From the NCBI GenBank assembly GCA_017881915.1, contig JADGQK010000002.1:18326-82325 (forward strand): a stretch of DNA of 64,000 nt, given 5' to 3'. The first letter of the stretch is position 1, and each line of letters opens with the position of its first letter. Source of the stretch: Chloroflexota bacterium. Lineage in GTDB: Bacteria > Chloroflexota > Limnocylindria > Limnocylindrales > CSP1-4. Positions 17,810-28,100 of the stretch are shown piece by piece. Position numbers and translations under genes: made by a program. The notes under the pieces are model-generated. The model was given only the letters and a program-made list of their open reading frames with translations, was not told the DNA's origin and ran no database searches.

Positions 17810-19011
17810 GCGCCGGCCCCGGCGGTCGCTGCCGTGGCAGCGGCAGCTGGGCGGATGCCCATCCTGTCGAGCGCGGCGGACTGGGCCGCGGCGATTCCAG
17901 CGCCCGGCTCGACCTGCCGCTCGAAGCGGATCGAGACCTGCTCGAGTACGCCGATCGCGTCGAGGATCTCACCGAGAGTGACCGATCCGAGGTGGCCGAG
18001 CCGGAAGATCTGGCCGGCCAGCGGCCCCTGGCCCCCGGCCAGGACGACCCCTTCGCCCTTCACCGCCGCGTTGATCGCCTTCCAGTCGAAGCCGGCCGGC
18101 ACCCGTGCGGCCGTGACGGTCCGGGAGTAGTGGGCGGGGTCGCCGAACAGCTCGAAGCCGAGTGCCGTGAGCCCTGCCCGGGTCGCCGCGGCGCAGGTTT
18201 CGTGGCGCGCGAAGATCGCCTCGGCGCCTTCGCGTTCCATCAGCTCCAGGCCGGCATCGACCTGGAAGACGACCGCGATTGCCGGCGTCCACGGTGTCTG
18301 GCCGAGGGCATGGGCGTCGCGATGCTTGCGCAGGTCGAGGTAGAAGCGGGGCATCGTAGCCGTCTCCATGGCCGCCCAGGCCCGCTCCGACGCCGCCACC
18401 ATGGCCAGGCCGGGCGCGGCCATCCACGCTTTCTGGGATCCGGTGACCACGACGTCCACCCCCCAGGCGTCCATCTGGAACGGCACGGCCCCAAGGCCGG
18501 ACACGCTGTCGACGATGATCAGGGCCTCGGGCTGGACGGAGCGGATCGCCGCGGCTAGCTCGGCGATCGGGTTCATCACCGCGGTGGACGTCTCGTTGTG
18601 GGTGAGCAGCACGGCCCGATAGCCCGGATTGGCCTCGAGGTGGGCGCGCAGCTCCGATGGGTCAGCCGCCTGGCCCCATTCGATGGAGAGCTTCGTGACG
18701 TCAGCCCCGTAGACCTGGGCGATCTTGGCGATCCGATCGCCGAACGAGCCGATCGACACGCCCAGGACCCGGTCGCCCGGTGAAAGCGTGTTGACGACGG
18801 CCGCCTCGAGCCCGCCCGAACCGGCGCAGGAGAGCATGGCGACGTCGCTGGTCGTCCCGAAGTAGGGCTTCATCCGGCCGAGGATCCGCCCGAGCATCGC
18901 CGCGAACTCCGGGCCGCGGTGGTTGATCATCTGGCGGGCGCCAGCCTCCCGAACGGTGGGTGGCAGGGCGGTGGGTCCGGGGATCCGGAGGTTTGGTTCG
19001 AAGCGGTTCAC
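17806..19011 (-). CDS. Class V aminotransferase (AGXT / phosphoserine aminotransferase-like), PLP-dependent
   Basis: …GPTALPP…, TGSQKAW (PLP lysine). Start chosen at GTG (19009-19011) with GGAG 7 nt upstream; the ORF is open to 19101. Confidence 0.8.
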   Translation of the reverse strand: MNRFEPNLRIPGPTALPPTVREAGARQMINHRGPEFAAMLGRILGRMKPYFGTTSDVAMLSCAGSGGLEAAVVNTLSPGDRVLGVSIGSFGDRIAKIAQVYGADVTKLSIEWGQAADPSELRAHLEANPGYRAVLLTHNETSTAVMNPIAELAAAIRSVQPEALIIVDSVSGLGAVPFQMDAWGVDVVVTGSQKAWMAAPGLAMVAASERAWAAMETATMPRFYLDLRKHRDAHALGQTPWTPAIAVVFQVDAGLELMEREGAEAIFARHETCAAATRAGLTALGFELFGDPAHYSRTVTAARVPAGFDWKAINAAVKGEGVVLAGGQGPLAGQIFRLGHLGSVTLGEILDAIGVLEQVSIRFERQVEPGAGIAAAQSAALDRMGIRPAAAATAATAGAGA

Positions 19012-19075
19012 GAAGCGGCTCCTGTGGTGAAGCGGACCCGCGAATCGTGCCATGGGGCTGGGGCTTGCCGCCAAC

Positions 19076-19099
19076 GTGGTATATATGCCGACATATGCC
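19076..19099 (+). promoter_or_regulatory. AT-rich promoter/operator of vapBC: direct repeat ATATGCC-N3-ATATGCC overlapping the vapB start codon
   Basis: GTATATATGCCGACATATGCCA. The only AT-rich stretch in the neighbourhood. Antitoxins typically autoregulate through such repeats. Confidence 0.35.
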
Positions 19100-19349
19100 A
19101 ACTCGACGAACCACGATCCTGGCCGACGCCGACCTGCTCGACCGACTCGAGCGGCACGCCCGCCACGAGCGGACGACGAAAACAGCGGTGATCAGCGCGG
19201 CGGTCGAGGCCTGGCTCGATGCCCACGAGACCATCGGCGAACTGCCGTTCATCGGGATCGGTCGGAGCAGCAGCGGCCGGCTGTCGCTGGATGGCCGCTC
19301 GATTGCCCGGCGCGAGCTCGGTCGCCGGGACGCGACCCGGGAGCGCTGA
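19095..19349 (+). CDS. vapB: Ribbon-helix-helix (CopG/VapB-type) antitoxin
   Basis: MPTRRTTILADADLLDRLERHARHERTTKTAVISAAVEAWL… has an RHH fold signature. 85 aa. Stop overlaps the vapC ATG. Confidence 0.75.
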   Translation: MPTRRTTILADADLLDRLERHARHERTTKTAVISAAVEAWLDAHETIGELPFIGIGRSSSGRLSLDGRSIARRELGRRDATRER

Positions 19350-19762
19350 TGGCCGCGATCGTCGACGCGAGTGCGGTGCTGGCAGCCGCCGACGCCGCGG
19401 ACCTCAACCATGCGGCTGCCGTCGCCTGGTTTCGCCGGATCGACGAGCCGCTCCTGCTCGGTGCGCTCACCCTGGCCGAGCTCGATCACGTCCTCCAGCG
19501 CGAATTGGGCCTCGAGGCGTCGCTGGCGGTGGTCGCCGCGATCGTGAACGGTGCCATTCGGTTGGTTGCCCCAAGCGAGGCCGACCTCGAGCGGGCGGCC
19601 ACCCTGATGACCGAGGCGGCCGAACACCGACCGCGCCTGTCCGAGGCGGTCCTCGTGGCAACCGCCGAGCGGCTGGGGATCCGTCGGGTGGCGACCTTCG
19701 ATCGCCGTCCCATCGCGATCTTCAAGCCGCGCCACGTCCGGGCGTTGGACCTGGAGCCGTAG
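19349..19762 (+). CDS. vapC: PIN-domain toxin (VapC ribonuclease)
   Basis: IVDASAVL (conserved Asp at position 6), …ATFDRR C-terminal acidic residue. 138 aa. ATGA coupling with vapB. Confidence 0.75.
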   Translation: MAAIVDASAVLAAADAADLNHAAAVAWFRRIDEPLLLGALTLAELDHVLQRELGLEASLAVVAAIVNGAIRLVAPSEADLERAATLMTEAAEHRPRLSEAVLVATAERLGIRRVATFDRRPIAIFKPRHVRALDLEP

Positions 19763-19933
19763 GGACTGACCGCCCAGGCGCCAATCGACGGCCGCCACGC
19801 CTTCATCGGTCATGGCGTACCTGCCTGGCGGCAGGTGTCTGAAGAGCTTGGCTCGTCGCCGCCCAGCCTGAGCGGCCGAGGTCTCGATCATGCCCGAAGT
19901 GGTGGCAGTCGAGTATTGCTAACTTGGTCCTTG

Positions 19934-19957
19934 CCTCGGAACTGGCCTCGGAACTGG
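19934..19957. repeat. 2 x 12-bp perfect tandem repeat CCTCGGAACTGG in the intergenic region
   Basis: Direct reading of 19931-19960. Confidence 0.5.
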
Positions 19958-20011
19958 CCGCAGATCTCGGCGAGGCCATCCCACCCGAGCGCCAGGTCGT
20001 ACCCCCTCGGA

Positions 20012-20404
20012 TCAGGAGGCCGGTTGCGGCATCAGGGCGGCAAGTTCCTGCGTCAGATCCGGCGTCTCAATCGGGTCATCTTCCACGATCTTGCCATTGG
20101 CGAGACTGTAGTAGGTCAGGCCTCGGCCTTCGAGCTTCTTCCCCGTGGCGAGCGTGATCTCAGAGGTGAAGCGAGCGACCACCGCATCCCCTTCGGCCAC
20201 GAGGTCCTGAATGTTGAAGCGCATGGCAGAGATCGTCGCCCCCATCGCGCGCAACATCGCCTTGAAGCCTGCCAGGTCGGTGTCCCCCATCCCACGGTTC
20301 ACATAGTTCGGGGCAAGCAGATCGTCGATGGCGTCGAAATTGCCTCCTTCGAGGACCTCCGTCATGAACCGGCGGACGACAGCCTTGTTCTGCTCTGTTG
20401 ACAT
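20012..20404 (-). CDS. SnoaL-like / NTF2-fold protein (ester-cyclase-like)
   Basis: MSTEQNKAVVRRFMTEVLEGGNFDAIDDLLAPNYV… is the classic SnoaL-like N-terminus. 130 aa. Confidence 0.75.
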   Translation of the reverse strand: MSTEQNKAVVRRFMTEVLEGGNFDAIDDLLAPNYVNRGMGDTDLAGFKAMLRAMGATISAMRFNIQDLVAEGDAVVARFTSEITLATGKKLEGRGLTYYSLANGKIVEDDPIETPDLTQELAALMPQPAS

Positions 20405-20522
20405 GTCGGGCCCTCCTCGGAGTCGTTGATGGGCGCGTCAGTATGCCGTGGGTGACGAGGCAAGACAAGATGGCGGATGGGCTGGCCAATACGACCACCT
20501 GAACGTTGAACCCAGGCCAGAA

Positions 20523-22034
20523 CTACGTGGATTCGGCGTCCCGCTTCTGCGTCTCGGCGAGGCGCTTGCGGCTTTCGTTGTGGGCGTTCAGCCCGTTGCT
20601 CATCGACGCCATCGGGTCGGCTCCCGGTCGATCCTGCTTCCGGCGCTGGCGCCCCTGCTCGCGAACCGCCTCCCGAGCGTCCGCCCGAGCGGCCATCCGT
20701 GACGTGATCGTCGCCTCGTAGCCCTGGTCGCCGGGCACGTAGTAACGCCGACCTACCAGTTCGTCGGGAAGGTACTGCTGCCCGATGTCGTCCCCCTCGA
20801 AGTCGTGCGGGTTTCGGTAGCCGACGCCATCGCCATACTGCTTCATCGCTGGGTGACCAGCGGTCCGAAGGTGAGCTGGCACTGGCAAGGAGCCGTACTT
20901 CAAGACGTCGGCCATCGCCGCGGCGTAGGCGCGACCTACGGAGTCTGACTTCGGAGACACTGCTACCTGGGCGGTCGCCTGGGCCAGGGCGTACTGGGCC
21001 TCGGGCAGGCCGACATGGTCGAGTGCCTGGGCCGCCGCGACGGCGACCTGGAGGGCACGGGGATCGGCGTTGCCCACGTCCTCGGAGGCGCTGATGATCA
21101 GCCGCCGGACGATGAACCGGGGATCCTCGCCCGCAGCGATCATCGTCGCCAGCCAGTACAGGGCGCCATCGGGATCGTTGCCGCGGAGGCTCTTGATGAA
21201 CGCCGAGGCAGTGTCGTAGTGACCGTCACCGGCCCGGTCGTAGGCGAGGACACGTTGCTGGGCGGCCGCCTCGACATCGGCCAGCCGGGGCGCGACCCGA
21301 CCGTCGCCATCACGAACCCCGGCCGACTCGGCCAGGGCCGTCGCGCCCTCGAGCACGTTGAGTGCCTGTCGGGCGTCCCCGCCGGCCAGCCCCACGAGGT
21401 GCTCGAAGGCGTCGTCGGGGAGGCTCACTCCGCCACCCGGACCGAGTGCCCCGGCCAGACCCCGCTCGGGATCGTCGATCGCGCGGCGGATCACGGTGCC
21501 CACGTCGTCGTCGGACAATGGCTCGAGGCGCCAGACCCGCAGGCGCGACAGGAGAGCGCCGTTCAGCTCGAAATAGGGATTCTCGGTCGTCGCCCCGATC
21601 AGGATGATCGTGCCGTCCTCGACGTGGGGCAGCAGGCCGTCCTGCTGGGATTTATTGAAGCGGTGGACCTCGTCGATGAAGAGGACACTCCGGGCGCCGT
21701 TCAGTGTCAGCCGCTCGCGCGCCGCGGCCACGGTCGAGCGGATCTCGGCGACTCCGCTCATCACCGCCGAGAGGCTCATGAACTCAGCACCGACTGCGTC
21801 GGCGAGGAGTCGGGCGAGGCTGGTCTTGCCTGTTCCCGGTGGCCCCCAGAGCAGGATCGAGCCGAGATAGCCACGCTCAACCGAGCGGCGCAGTGGGCCG
21901 TCCTGACCGACGAGGTGAGCCTGGCCGACGTACTCGGCCAGCGTCCGCGGACGCATCCGGGCGGCGAGCGGCTGGACGCCGGCCGGGGGCTGGAACAGCG
22001 CGGCCTGGTCGGGAGAGGGTCGGCGGGTCGGCAC
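20523..22034 (-). CDS. rarA: Replication-associated recombination protein A (RarA/MgsA AAA+ ATPase)
   Basis: [13 protein letters not shown] Walker A, …[11 protein letters not shown]…, and the MgsA C-terminal domain. GTG start at 22032-22034 sits 6 nt after a TAGACT -10 hexamer (minus strand 22046-22041), i.e. leaderless. Confidence 0.85.
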   Translation of the reverse strand: MPTRRPSPDQAALFQPPAGVQPLAARMRPRTLAEYVGQAHLVGQDGPLRRSVERGYLGSILLWGPPGTGKTSLARLLADAVGAEFMSLSAVMSGVAEIRSTVAAARERLTLNGARSVLFIDEVHRFNKSQQDGLLPHVEDGTIILIGATTENPYFELNGALLSRLRVWRLEPLSDDDVGTVIRRAIDDPERGLAGALGPGGGVSLPDDAFEHLVGLAGGDARQALNVLEGATALAESAGVRDGDGRVAPRLADVEAAAQQRVLAYDRAGDGHYDTASAFIKSLRGNDPDGALYWLATMIAAGEDPRFIVRRLIISASEDVGNADPRALQVAVAAAQALDHVGLPEAQYALAQATAQVAVSPKSDSVGRAYAAAMADVLKYGSLPVPAHLRTAGHPAMKQYGDGVGYRNPHDFEGDDIGQQYLPDELVGRRYYVPGDQGYEATITSRMAARADAREAVREQGRQRRKQDRPGADPMASMSNGLNAHNESRKRLAETQKRDAEST

Positions 22035-22111
22035 CCCGTCAGTCTACGGCCGGGCCGCCGCGGCTCGAGTCGGCGACCATGGCCCGCCGTGTTCCAGCGC
22101 CGGCTCCAGCT

Positions 22112-23968
22112 TCAGGCGACGTTGCTGCGCGGTGTCCAGATCTGGCGGAGCGGGCGGCCGTCGCCCGGCAACGGGGCATTGTCGGCGGTCTCGATCCCGC
22201 TCACGAAGGCGGCCACGAGGCGTGGGTCGAGCTGGGTCCCGGCCGCATCCTCGAGGCGATGGAGGGCCTCCTGGATCGACATCGCCTTGCGATACGGTCG
22301 CGAGGTGGTCATCGCGCTGAACGCGTCGCCAACGGCCAGGATCCGGGCGATCAGCGGGATCTCCTCGCCGGACAGCCGGTCGAGGTAGCCGTCGCCGTCC
22401 CAGCGCTCGTGGTGGTGGCGAACTCCGGCTCGCACGACGCCGGCATTCGGGACGTCGCGCACGATCGCGTCGCCCAGGGCCACGTGCTGCTTGACGATCG
22501 CGTATTCGTCGACCGTCAGCGGGCCGGGCTTGCGCAGGATCCCATCGGGAATCCCGATCTTGCCCACATCGTGGAGGAGGCCGGCGATCTCGATCGTCCG
22601 GCGCAGCTCGGCGTCGACGCCAACCTGGTCCGCCAGAAACAGGCCGTAGCGCGCGACGTCCTCGGAATGGCGCTTCGTGTAGCGGTCCTTCGTGTCGACG
22701 GCCAGGACCAGCCCGGCCAGCACATCGAAGCCTGAGCGCTGTGCTGGCCCGAGGTCGGCTGAGGCGGCGTCAGCGACACGCACGCCGTTGCCGCCGCTCG
22801 CCTTGGCCTCGCCCAGGACGACGGCGGCGACCGCCAGCAGCTCGGTCGCCGCGTCGCCATTGGCCGGGGCATAGCAGATCCCGGCACTGACCGTCACCGG
22901 CAGCCGCTCGGACTCGCCGAACTGGAGGCTGAGCTCGGCGATCCGGTCGCGCAGTTGGTCGACCGCCTGCTCGAGGTTGGGGCTGTGGTCGGGCGGAGTA
23001 ACGACGATGAACTCGTCAGGACCGTAGCGGCCGAGGATTGCGGTCTCGGCGAACTCCGTCCGAATGATCCGGGCAACCTCGAGCAGGGCCCGGTCGCCGG
23101 CCCCATGGCCGTGGGTGTCGTTGAGCAGCCGGAAGTTGTCGATGTCGATGAGGGCCACCCCGACACCACAGCCCGGGGCACCCCGAACTCGTTCGAGCAG
23201 GTCGGCCAGGCCGGCCACCGTCGTACCGTGATTGAGCACGCCGGTCAGGGCATCCCGGCGGCTGGTTTCGACAAGCGCAGCAGTCTGTCCGGTGAGGCGC
23301 CGCTGGGCAGCCCGGAAGATGAGGTACAGCAAGGCGCCCAGGCTGAGCGCGGCGACGAACACGACGATCACCACTTCGCGGGTGGTCGCAGCGACGGCAT
23401 CCAGGACGGGCTGGGCGTCCCGGTAGATCTCGAACACGGCCGGGATGCTGCCGTCAGCACCCGGGATCGGGAAGTACTCCTCGAGGACCTGGGTATCGGG
23501 CGCGAGACCGGTGGTCCGGGTATCTCGGTCATCGGCGGAGGTGATCTGAGGAGCCACTGTGGCGGTTTGAAATGCGTGGGCAAGGTCCTCGTCGGGACTG
23601 AGGTTCAGGCCACGGAGCCCGTCTTTGTTGCTATAGAGAACCGTCTCGTCGGGCGCGAAGATCTTGACGTGGAGGATCCCCTTCGCCCGGACGATGAGCG
23701 TCTTCAATTCGGCCTGGATCTGGGCGACCGTGGCCGGCGAGACGCCCGCAAGGGACAGGTTGGCGGCCGGCAGGTCGGTCGCGATCAGGACGCTCACGAT
23801 GGACTGATCCGCTCTGTCCGACGCATCCATCGCGGCCGTCTTGACGTTGTCGCTCACGACAGCCACGAGGGCAATGCTCGTCGCGACGACGAGGACCAGG
23901 CTCGCGCCGAAGACGAGGAGAAGAAGCCTCGAGCGGCGCTGCCGCAGCCCGGATTGGGTATTCGACAT
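22112..23968 (-). CDS. Membrane sensor protein: two TM helices flanking an extracytoplasmic domain, a GGDEF-like domain with degenerate GPDEF motif, and an HD-GYP phosphodiesterase domain
   Basis: …RYGPDEF… (GGDEF second Gly replaced by Pro). HD-GYP motifs HD…, …HHERWDGDGYL…. Confidence 0.8.
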   Translation of the reverse strand: MSNTQSGLRQRRSRLLLLVFGASLVLVVATSIALVAVVSDNVKTAAMDASDRADQSIVSVLIATDLPAANLSLAGVSPATVAQIQAELKTLIVRAKGILHVKIFAPDETVLYSNKDGLRGLNLSPDEDLAHAFQTATVAPQITSADDRDTRTTGLAPDTQVLEEYFPIPGADGSIPAVFEIYRDAQPVLDAVAATTREVVIVVFVAALSLGALLYLIFRAAQRRLTGQTAALVETSRRDALTGVLNHGTTVAGLADLLERVRGAPGCGVGVALIDIDNFRLLNDTHGHGAGDRALLEVARIIRTEFAETAILGRYGPDEFIVVTPPDHSPNLEQAVDQLRDRIAELSLQFGESERLPVTVSAGICYAPANGDAATELLAVAAVVLGEAKASGGNGVRVADAASADLGPAQRSGFDVLAGLVLAVDTKDRYTKRHSEDVARYGLFLADQVGVDAELRRTIEIAGLLHDVGKIGIPDGILRKPGPLTVDEYAIVKQHVALGDAIVRDVPNAGVVRAGVRHHHERWDGDGYLDRLSGEEIPLIARILAVGDAFSAMTTSRPYRKAMSIQEALHRLEDAAGTQLDPRLVAAFVSGIETADNAPLPGDGRPLRQIWTPRSNVA

Positions 23969-24100
23969 GAAGGACGCTCTCGAACAGGATTCCCGAGGTC
24001 CGACCGTAGGTGGCTCGGGTGGGCCTGTCGATAGGCCGTTCGGGGGATGGCCAGATGATCGCTCGAGCGGCCATCTGGCTTGCCCGCCCGGCCGGGCCCG

Positions 24101-24508
24101 TCAGTGCCGGCCGACTCCGGCGACTTCGAGGAGGACGTACAGCACGGCCAGGATCCCGAACATCGAACCGCCGATCAGGGCGATCCGGCGAACGTCACGC
24201 GCGACATAGCGGTACTCTTCGGCGGCCTCCGCCGCGAGGCGGCTGGGGCCCGTGGGGCGGCGCCGTAGCGCGAGCGAATCCTCGGTCGCCCGAGGCCGAT
24301 CGCGCTCGGTCCGGCGGCTCGTGGTTGGCTGTTCAGCGTGCTCGGACGCGACCAGGGCGGATTCGAGGTCGGCGGCTCGGGCGACCTCAACGTCGGACAG
24401 GCCTTCGGGCGGCGGCCCGGCGGGCGGCCTGCCGGGCAGGGCTCGCCCGGCGCGCTGGATGGGCCGGCGCTGGCCGGGTCGAGTCGTCCCGCGAGCGCGC
24501 TTGGCCAT
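24101..24508 (-). CDS. Small basic protein with C-terminal TM helix (hypothetical)
   Basis: ATG at 24506-24508. Strong GC3 bias. C-terminal IALIGGSMFGILAVLYVLLEVAG. Divergent from the next gene. Confidence 0.4.
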   Translation of the reverse strand: MAKRARGTTRPGQRRPIQRAGRALPGRPPAGPPPEGLSDVEVARAADLESALVASEHAEQPTTSRRTERDRPRATEDSLALRRRPTGPSRLAAEAAEEYRYVARDVRRIALIGGSMFGILAVLYVLLEVAGVGRH

Positions 24509-24572
24509 CGGTCCCTTGGTCCTCCGTCTCGAATCCAGTGTCGGTCCACCGACCGCAGAGGATAGCACCCGG

Positions 24573-24584
24573 CCCTGCTAGACT
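24573..24584 (+). promoter_or_regulatory. Second exact copy of extended -10 element CCTGCTAGACTC, 7 nt upstream of a GTG start (leaderless)
   Basis: Identical 12-mer to 3283-3294. Spacing to GTG 24591 fits TSS = start codon. Confidence 0.45.
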
Positions 24585-24590
24585 CGGCGG

Positions 24591-25134
24591 CGTGCCCGAC
24601 CCCGCGACACTGATGCCCTTCCTGATCGTCGGGCTGAGCGTCTGCCTGGTCGCCGTGGCCGTCCTGTGGCGGCGCTCGGGGGCCCTCCAGGGCCGGCTCG
24701 ACCGGGTGACCCGGGGCGAGGATGGCCAGAGTCTCCAGGGGGTCCTCGAGACCCACCTCGGGCGGGTGGTCGAGGTCCAGGCGGAGGTCCTTGAGATTGG
24801 TCGCCGGACCGACCGCCTCGAAGTTGATGGCCGGCGGGCATTCCAACGGATCGGCCTCGTTCGGTTCAATCCCTTCGAGGACACCGGCGGCAATCAGAGC
24901 TTCGCCCTCGCCTTGCTCGACGCGGAGGAGGACGGGATCGTGCTCTCGAGCCTGCACTCCAGGGGCGCCACCCGGATCTATGCCAAGGCCGTTGCGGCCG
25001 GCCGGCCCGAGGCTGCCCTGTCGGACGAGGAGACCGAGGCCCTCGGCCTGGCCCGGGACGCGACGGGCGGCCGAGTCGCGATCCGAGGCCGGGCGGCCGC
25101 CGCCGCGCCGACCGGCGTCCGCGGAGGCCGGTGA
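24591..25134 (+). CDS. Membrane-anchored hypothetical protein (N-terminal TM helix; DUF4446-like)
   Basis: GTG 24591 (or ATG 24612). MPFLIVGLSVCLVAVAVLW TM helix, then a soluble domain. The long upstream ORF extension from 24010 is not supported. Confidence 0.55.
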
Positions 25135-25171
25135 CGGCAGAGCTGTCACAACGTTCGACCATCCTCGGGGC

Positions 25172-28100
25172 ATGCCCCCTGAAACGATGACTCCAGTCCG
25201 CGCTCCAGCCGGCCGCCGGGCTCGCAGGGGGAGCCGAACCCTCGAGCAGGTGCCGTTGTGGGGTGCGCATCCGCTCGTCGCCGCGAAGGGTCCGGCGGCG
25301 GAGCTCGGCCAGGGCGGTGGGCTGGACGGACTCCTGGCCGGCCTCAACCCGGAGCAGCGCAGGGCGGTCGTCCATGGCCCGGGTCCGCTTCTCGTCGTAG
25401 CCGGTGCGGGGACAGGCAAGACCCAGGTCATCACCCGCCGGATCGCCTGGCTGATCGCCTCGCGGGTCGCCCGGCCCGCGGAGATCCTTGCCCTGACATT
25501 CACGGACAAGGCCGCGGCCGAGATGCAGGTCCGGGTGGATCAGCTCGTGCCGTATGGCTACGCGGATACGACGATCGCGACATTCCATGCCTTTGGCGAT
25601 CGGCTGATCCGCGAGTTCGCCCTGGAGCTCGGGCTGCCACCCGACGCGCGGGTCCTGTCGAGACCGGAAGTCGTGATCTTCCTGCGCGAGCGGTTATTCG
25701 ATTTCGAGCTCAACGCCTATCGGCCGCTCGGTGACCCGACCCGCTTCCTGGCCGCCCTGGCCGGCCACTTCAGTCGGTGCAAGGACGAGGACATCAGCCC
25801 GGCTGCCTACCTCGCCTGTGCCGATCGCCTGGTCGGTGAGGCCGACCGGCTGGCAATCGCCGCCGGCCGGCCGGCGGCCGGTGATGTCCAGCGCGCGGCC
25901 GCTGGCGCTTCGGCAGATGTAGCTGCCCGTCAACTCGAGCTGGCCCGGGCCTATGCTCGCTACCAGGTTCTCCTGGGCGAGGCCGGCCTGATCGACTTCG
26001 GCGACCAGGTCAGCCTGGCCCTCCGGCTCCTGCGCGACTCGCCGGCGGCCCGGCTTGAGCTGCAGCAGCGCTATCGCTACATCCTCGTCGACGAGTTTCA
26101 GGACACGAATCCGGCCCAGGCCGAGCTCGTGGCTCTGCTTGCCGAGGGCCACCGCAACGTGACGGTCGTGGGCGACGACGACCAGTCGATCTACCGCTTC
26201 CGCGGTGCCGCGATCAGCAACATCCTGGAGTTCCGCCAGCGCTACCGGCGAGCCCGACTCGTGGTGCTCCGCCGGAACTACCGCTCCCGGGCGGAGATCC
26301 TCGCCGCCAGCCACCGCCTTGTGCGGTTCAACGACCCGGACCGGCTCGAGGTGCGGGCGGGCATCTCGAAGCAGCTCCGGGCCCAGCGCCGCGAGCCCAC
26401 GGGTGGACGCGTGGCACCGGCGGTTCGCCACGAGTCGTTTGCGACAGGCTCCGAGGAGGCGGACTGGATCGCCGCCGAGATTGCTGCCCGCGTCGCGGCC
26501 GGGGCGCGGCCGCGCGACCATGCCGTGCTCGTCCGGACGAACGCCGGCGCGGACCCAATCCTGCGTAGCCTGAACATGGTTGGCCTGCCGTGGCGCTTCA
26601 GCGGTACGTCTGGCCTGTACGCCCGGGCGGAGATCCGGCTCCTGCTCGCATTCCTGCGCTCGATCGCGGACCTGTCATCGAGCGTCGACATCTATGGACT
26701 CGCCGCCAGTGAGGTGTATGGCCTCCACGGGCCGGACCTGACCGCGATCATGACCATCGCCAGGCGGCGCAACCGGTCGCTCTGGGAGATTCTCGAGGAG
26801 CTGGATCGGCAGCCCGGGATCCTGCGGATCTCACCCGAATCGCGGGCAACGGCCGCCCGGCTCGTGGCCGATCTGCGCGCCTACAGCGAGCTTGCCCACG
26901 AGCGCCCGGCGGGAGAGGTCTTGTACGCGTTCCTGAAGGGCTCGGGGCTGCTCGCGCGGCTGGCTGGGGCCGAGACCGTTGCCGGCGAGGAAGCCCTCCA
27001 GAACATCGCCCGGTTCTTCGAAATCGTGCGCGGCCAGTCCGCGCTGCTGCCCGACGATCGGACGGTCTTCGTTGCACGCCACCTCCAGACCCTGATCGAG
27101 GCGGGCGACGAGCCCCCGACCGTCGAGCTCGACGCCGAAGCCGACGCCGTCGCGGTCCTGACTGTCCACAAGGCCAAGGGGCTCGAGTTCCCTACGGTCT
27201 TCCTGGCCGGCCTGGTGGAGGGCCGCTTCCCGGCGAGCTCGCGTCGGGAGGGCCTGCAGATCCCGGACGAGTTGATTCGGGAGACCCAACCGGAAGGTGA
27301 TCACCACCTCCAGGAAGAACGTCGCCTGTTCTACGTCGGGATGACCCGGGCGCGCGACGAGCTGATCCTCAGCCATGCGGCGGACTACGGCGGGCTACGG
27401 GCCCGACGAGTCTCGCAGTTCGTGCTCGAGGCGCTCGACCTGCCGGCGGCGCCCGCATGGCCGGCCAGCGGCGAGCCGGCCGCACCGCTCGAGCGCCTGG
27501 CGGCATTTGCCGCCGTCGATGCTCCGGCCGACGCCCTCCGGCCGTCGACCAGCGAGCCGCTCTCGCTCAGCTTCTACCAGGTCGACGACTACCTGACCTG
27601 CCCCCTCAAGTACAAGTTCGTTCACGTCCTCCGGGTGCCCATCGCACCGCACCACTCGATTATCTATGGGGCCGCTCTGCATCGGGCCGTCCAGGAATTC
27701 CACAAGCGCCACGCCCGGGGCGAGGTGATGTCGGAAGCGGAGCTGTGTGCCTCGTTCGAGGCCGCCTGGTCAAACGAGGGTTTCCTCAACCGGGACCACG
27801 AGGCGGCGCGCCTCGAGGCCGGCCGGGCGGCCCTGCGCCGGTTCCGCCGGGAACAGCTCCAGCCGGAGGCGGTGATTCCGGCGTACGTGGAGCGGGACTT
27901 CGCCTTCACCCTGAACGGCGACCGGATCCGCGGCCGGTGGGACCGGGTGGACGTCCAGCCATGCGCCAGTGAGGCTGGTCAGGCTGTCGAGTCGAGCAGC
28001 GCGACCGTGGCCGGTGGGGGAGCGGCGGCTGACGATCGCCTCCTTCCGGACGTTGTCGAGCCGACCCTCGCGCTCATGCCCCGCGAGGTGGTCACGATCA

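Noticed and set aside
16181-18130. 649-aa plus-strand ORF across serA and the aminotransferase
   Set aside because: Antisense to two genes with strong motif support. No domain signature.
24722-25171. Upstream 150 codons of the helicase-nuclease ORF
   Set aside because: This portion overlaps the DUF4446-like gene in another frame and is Arg/Ser/Pro-rich. A proper ATG at 25172 precedes the helicase N-terminal Walker A region.
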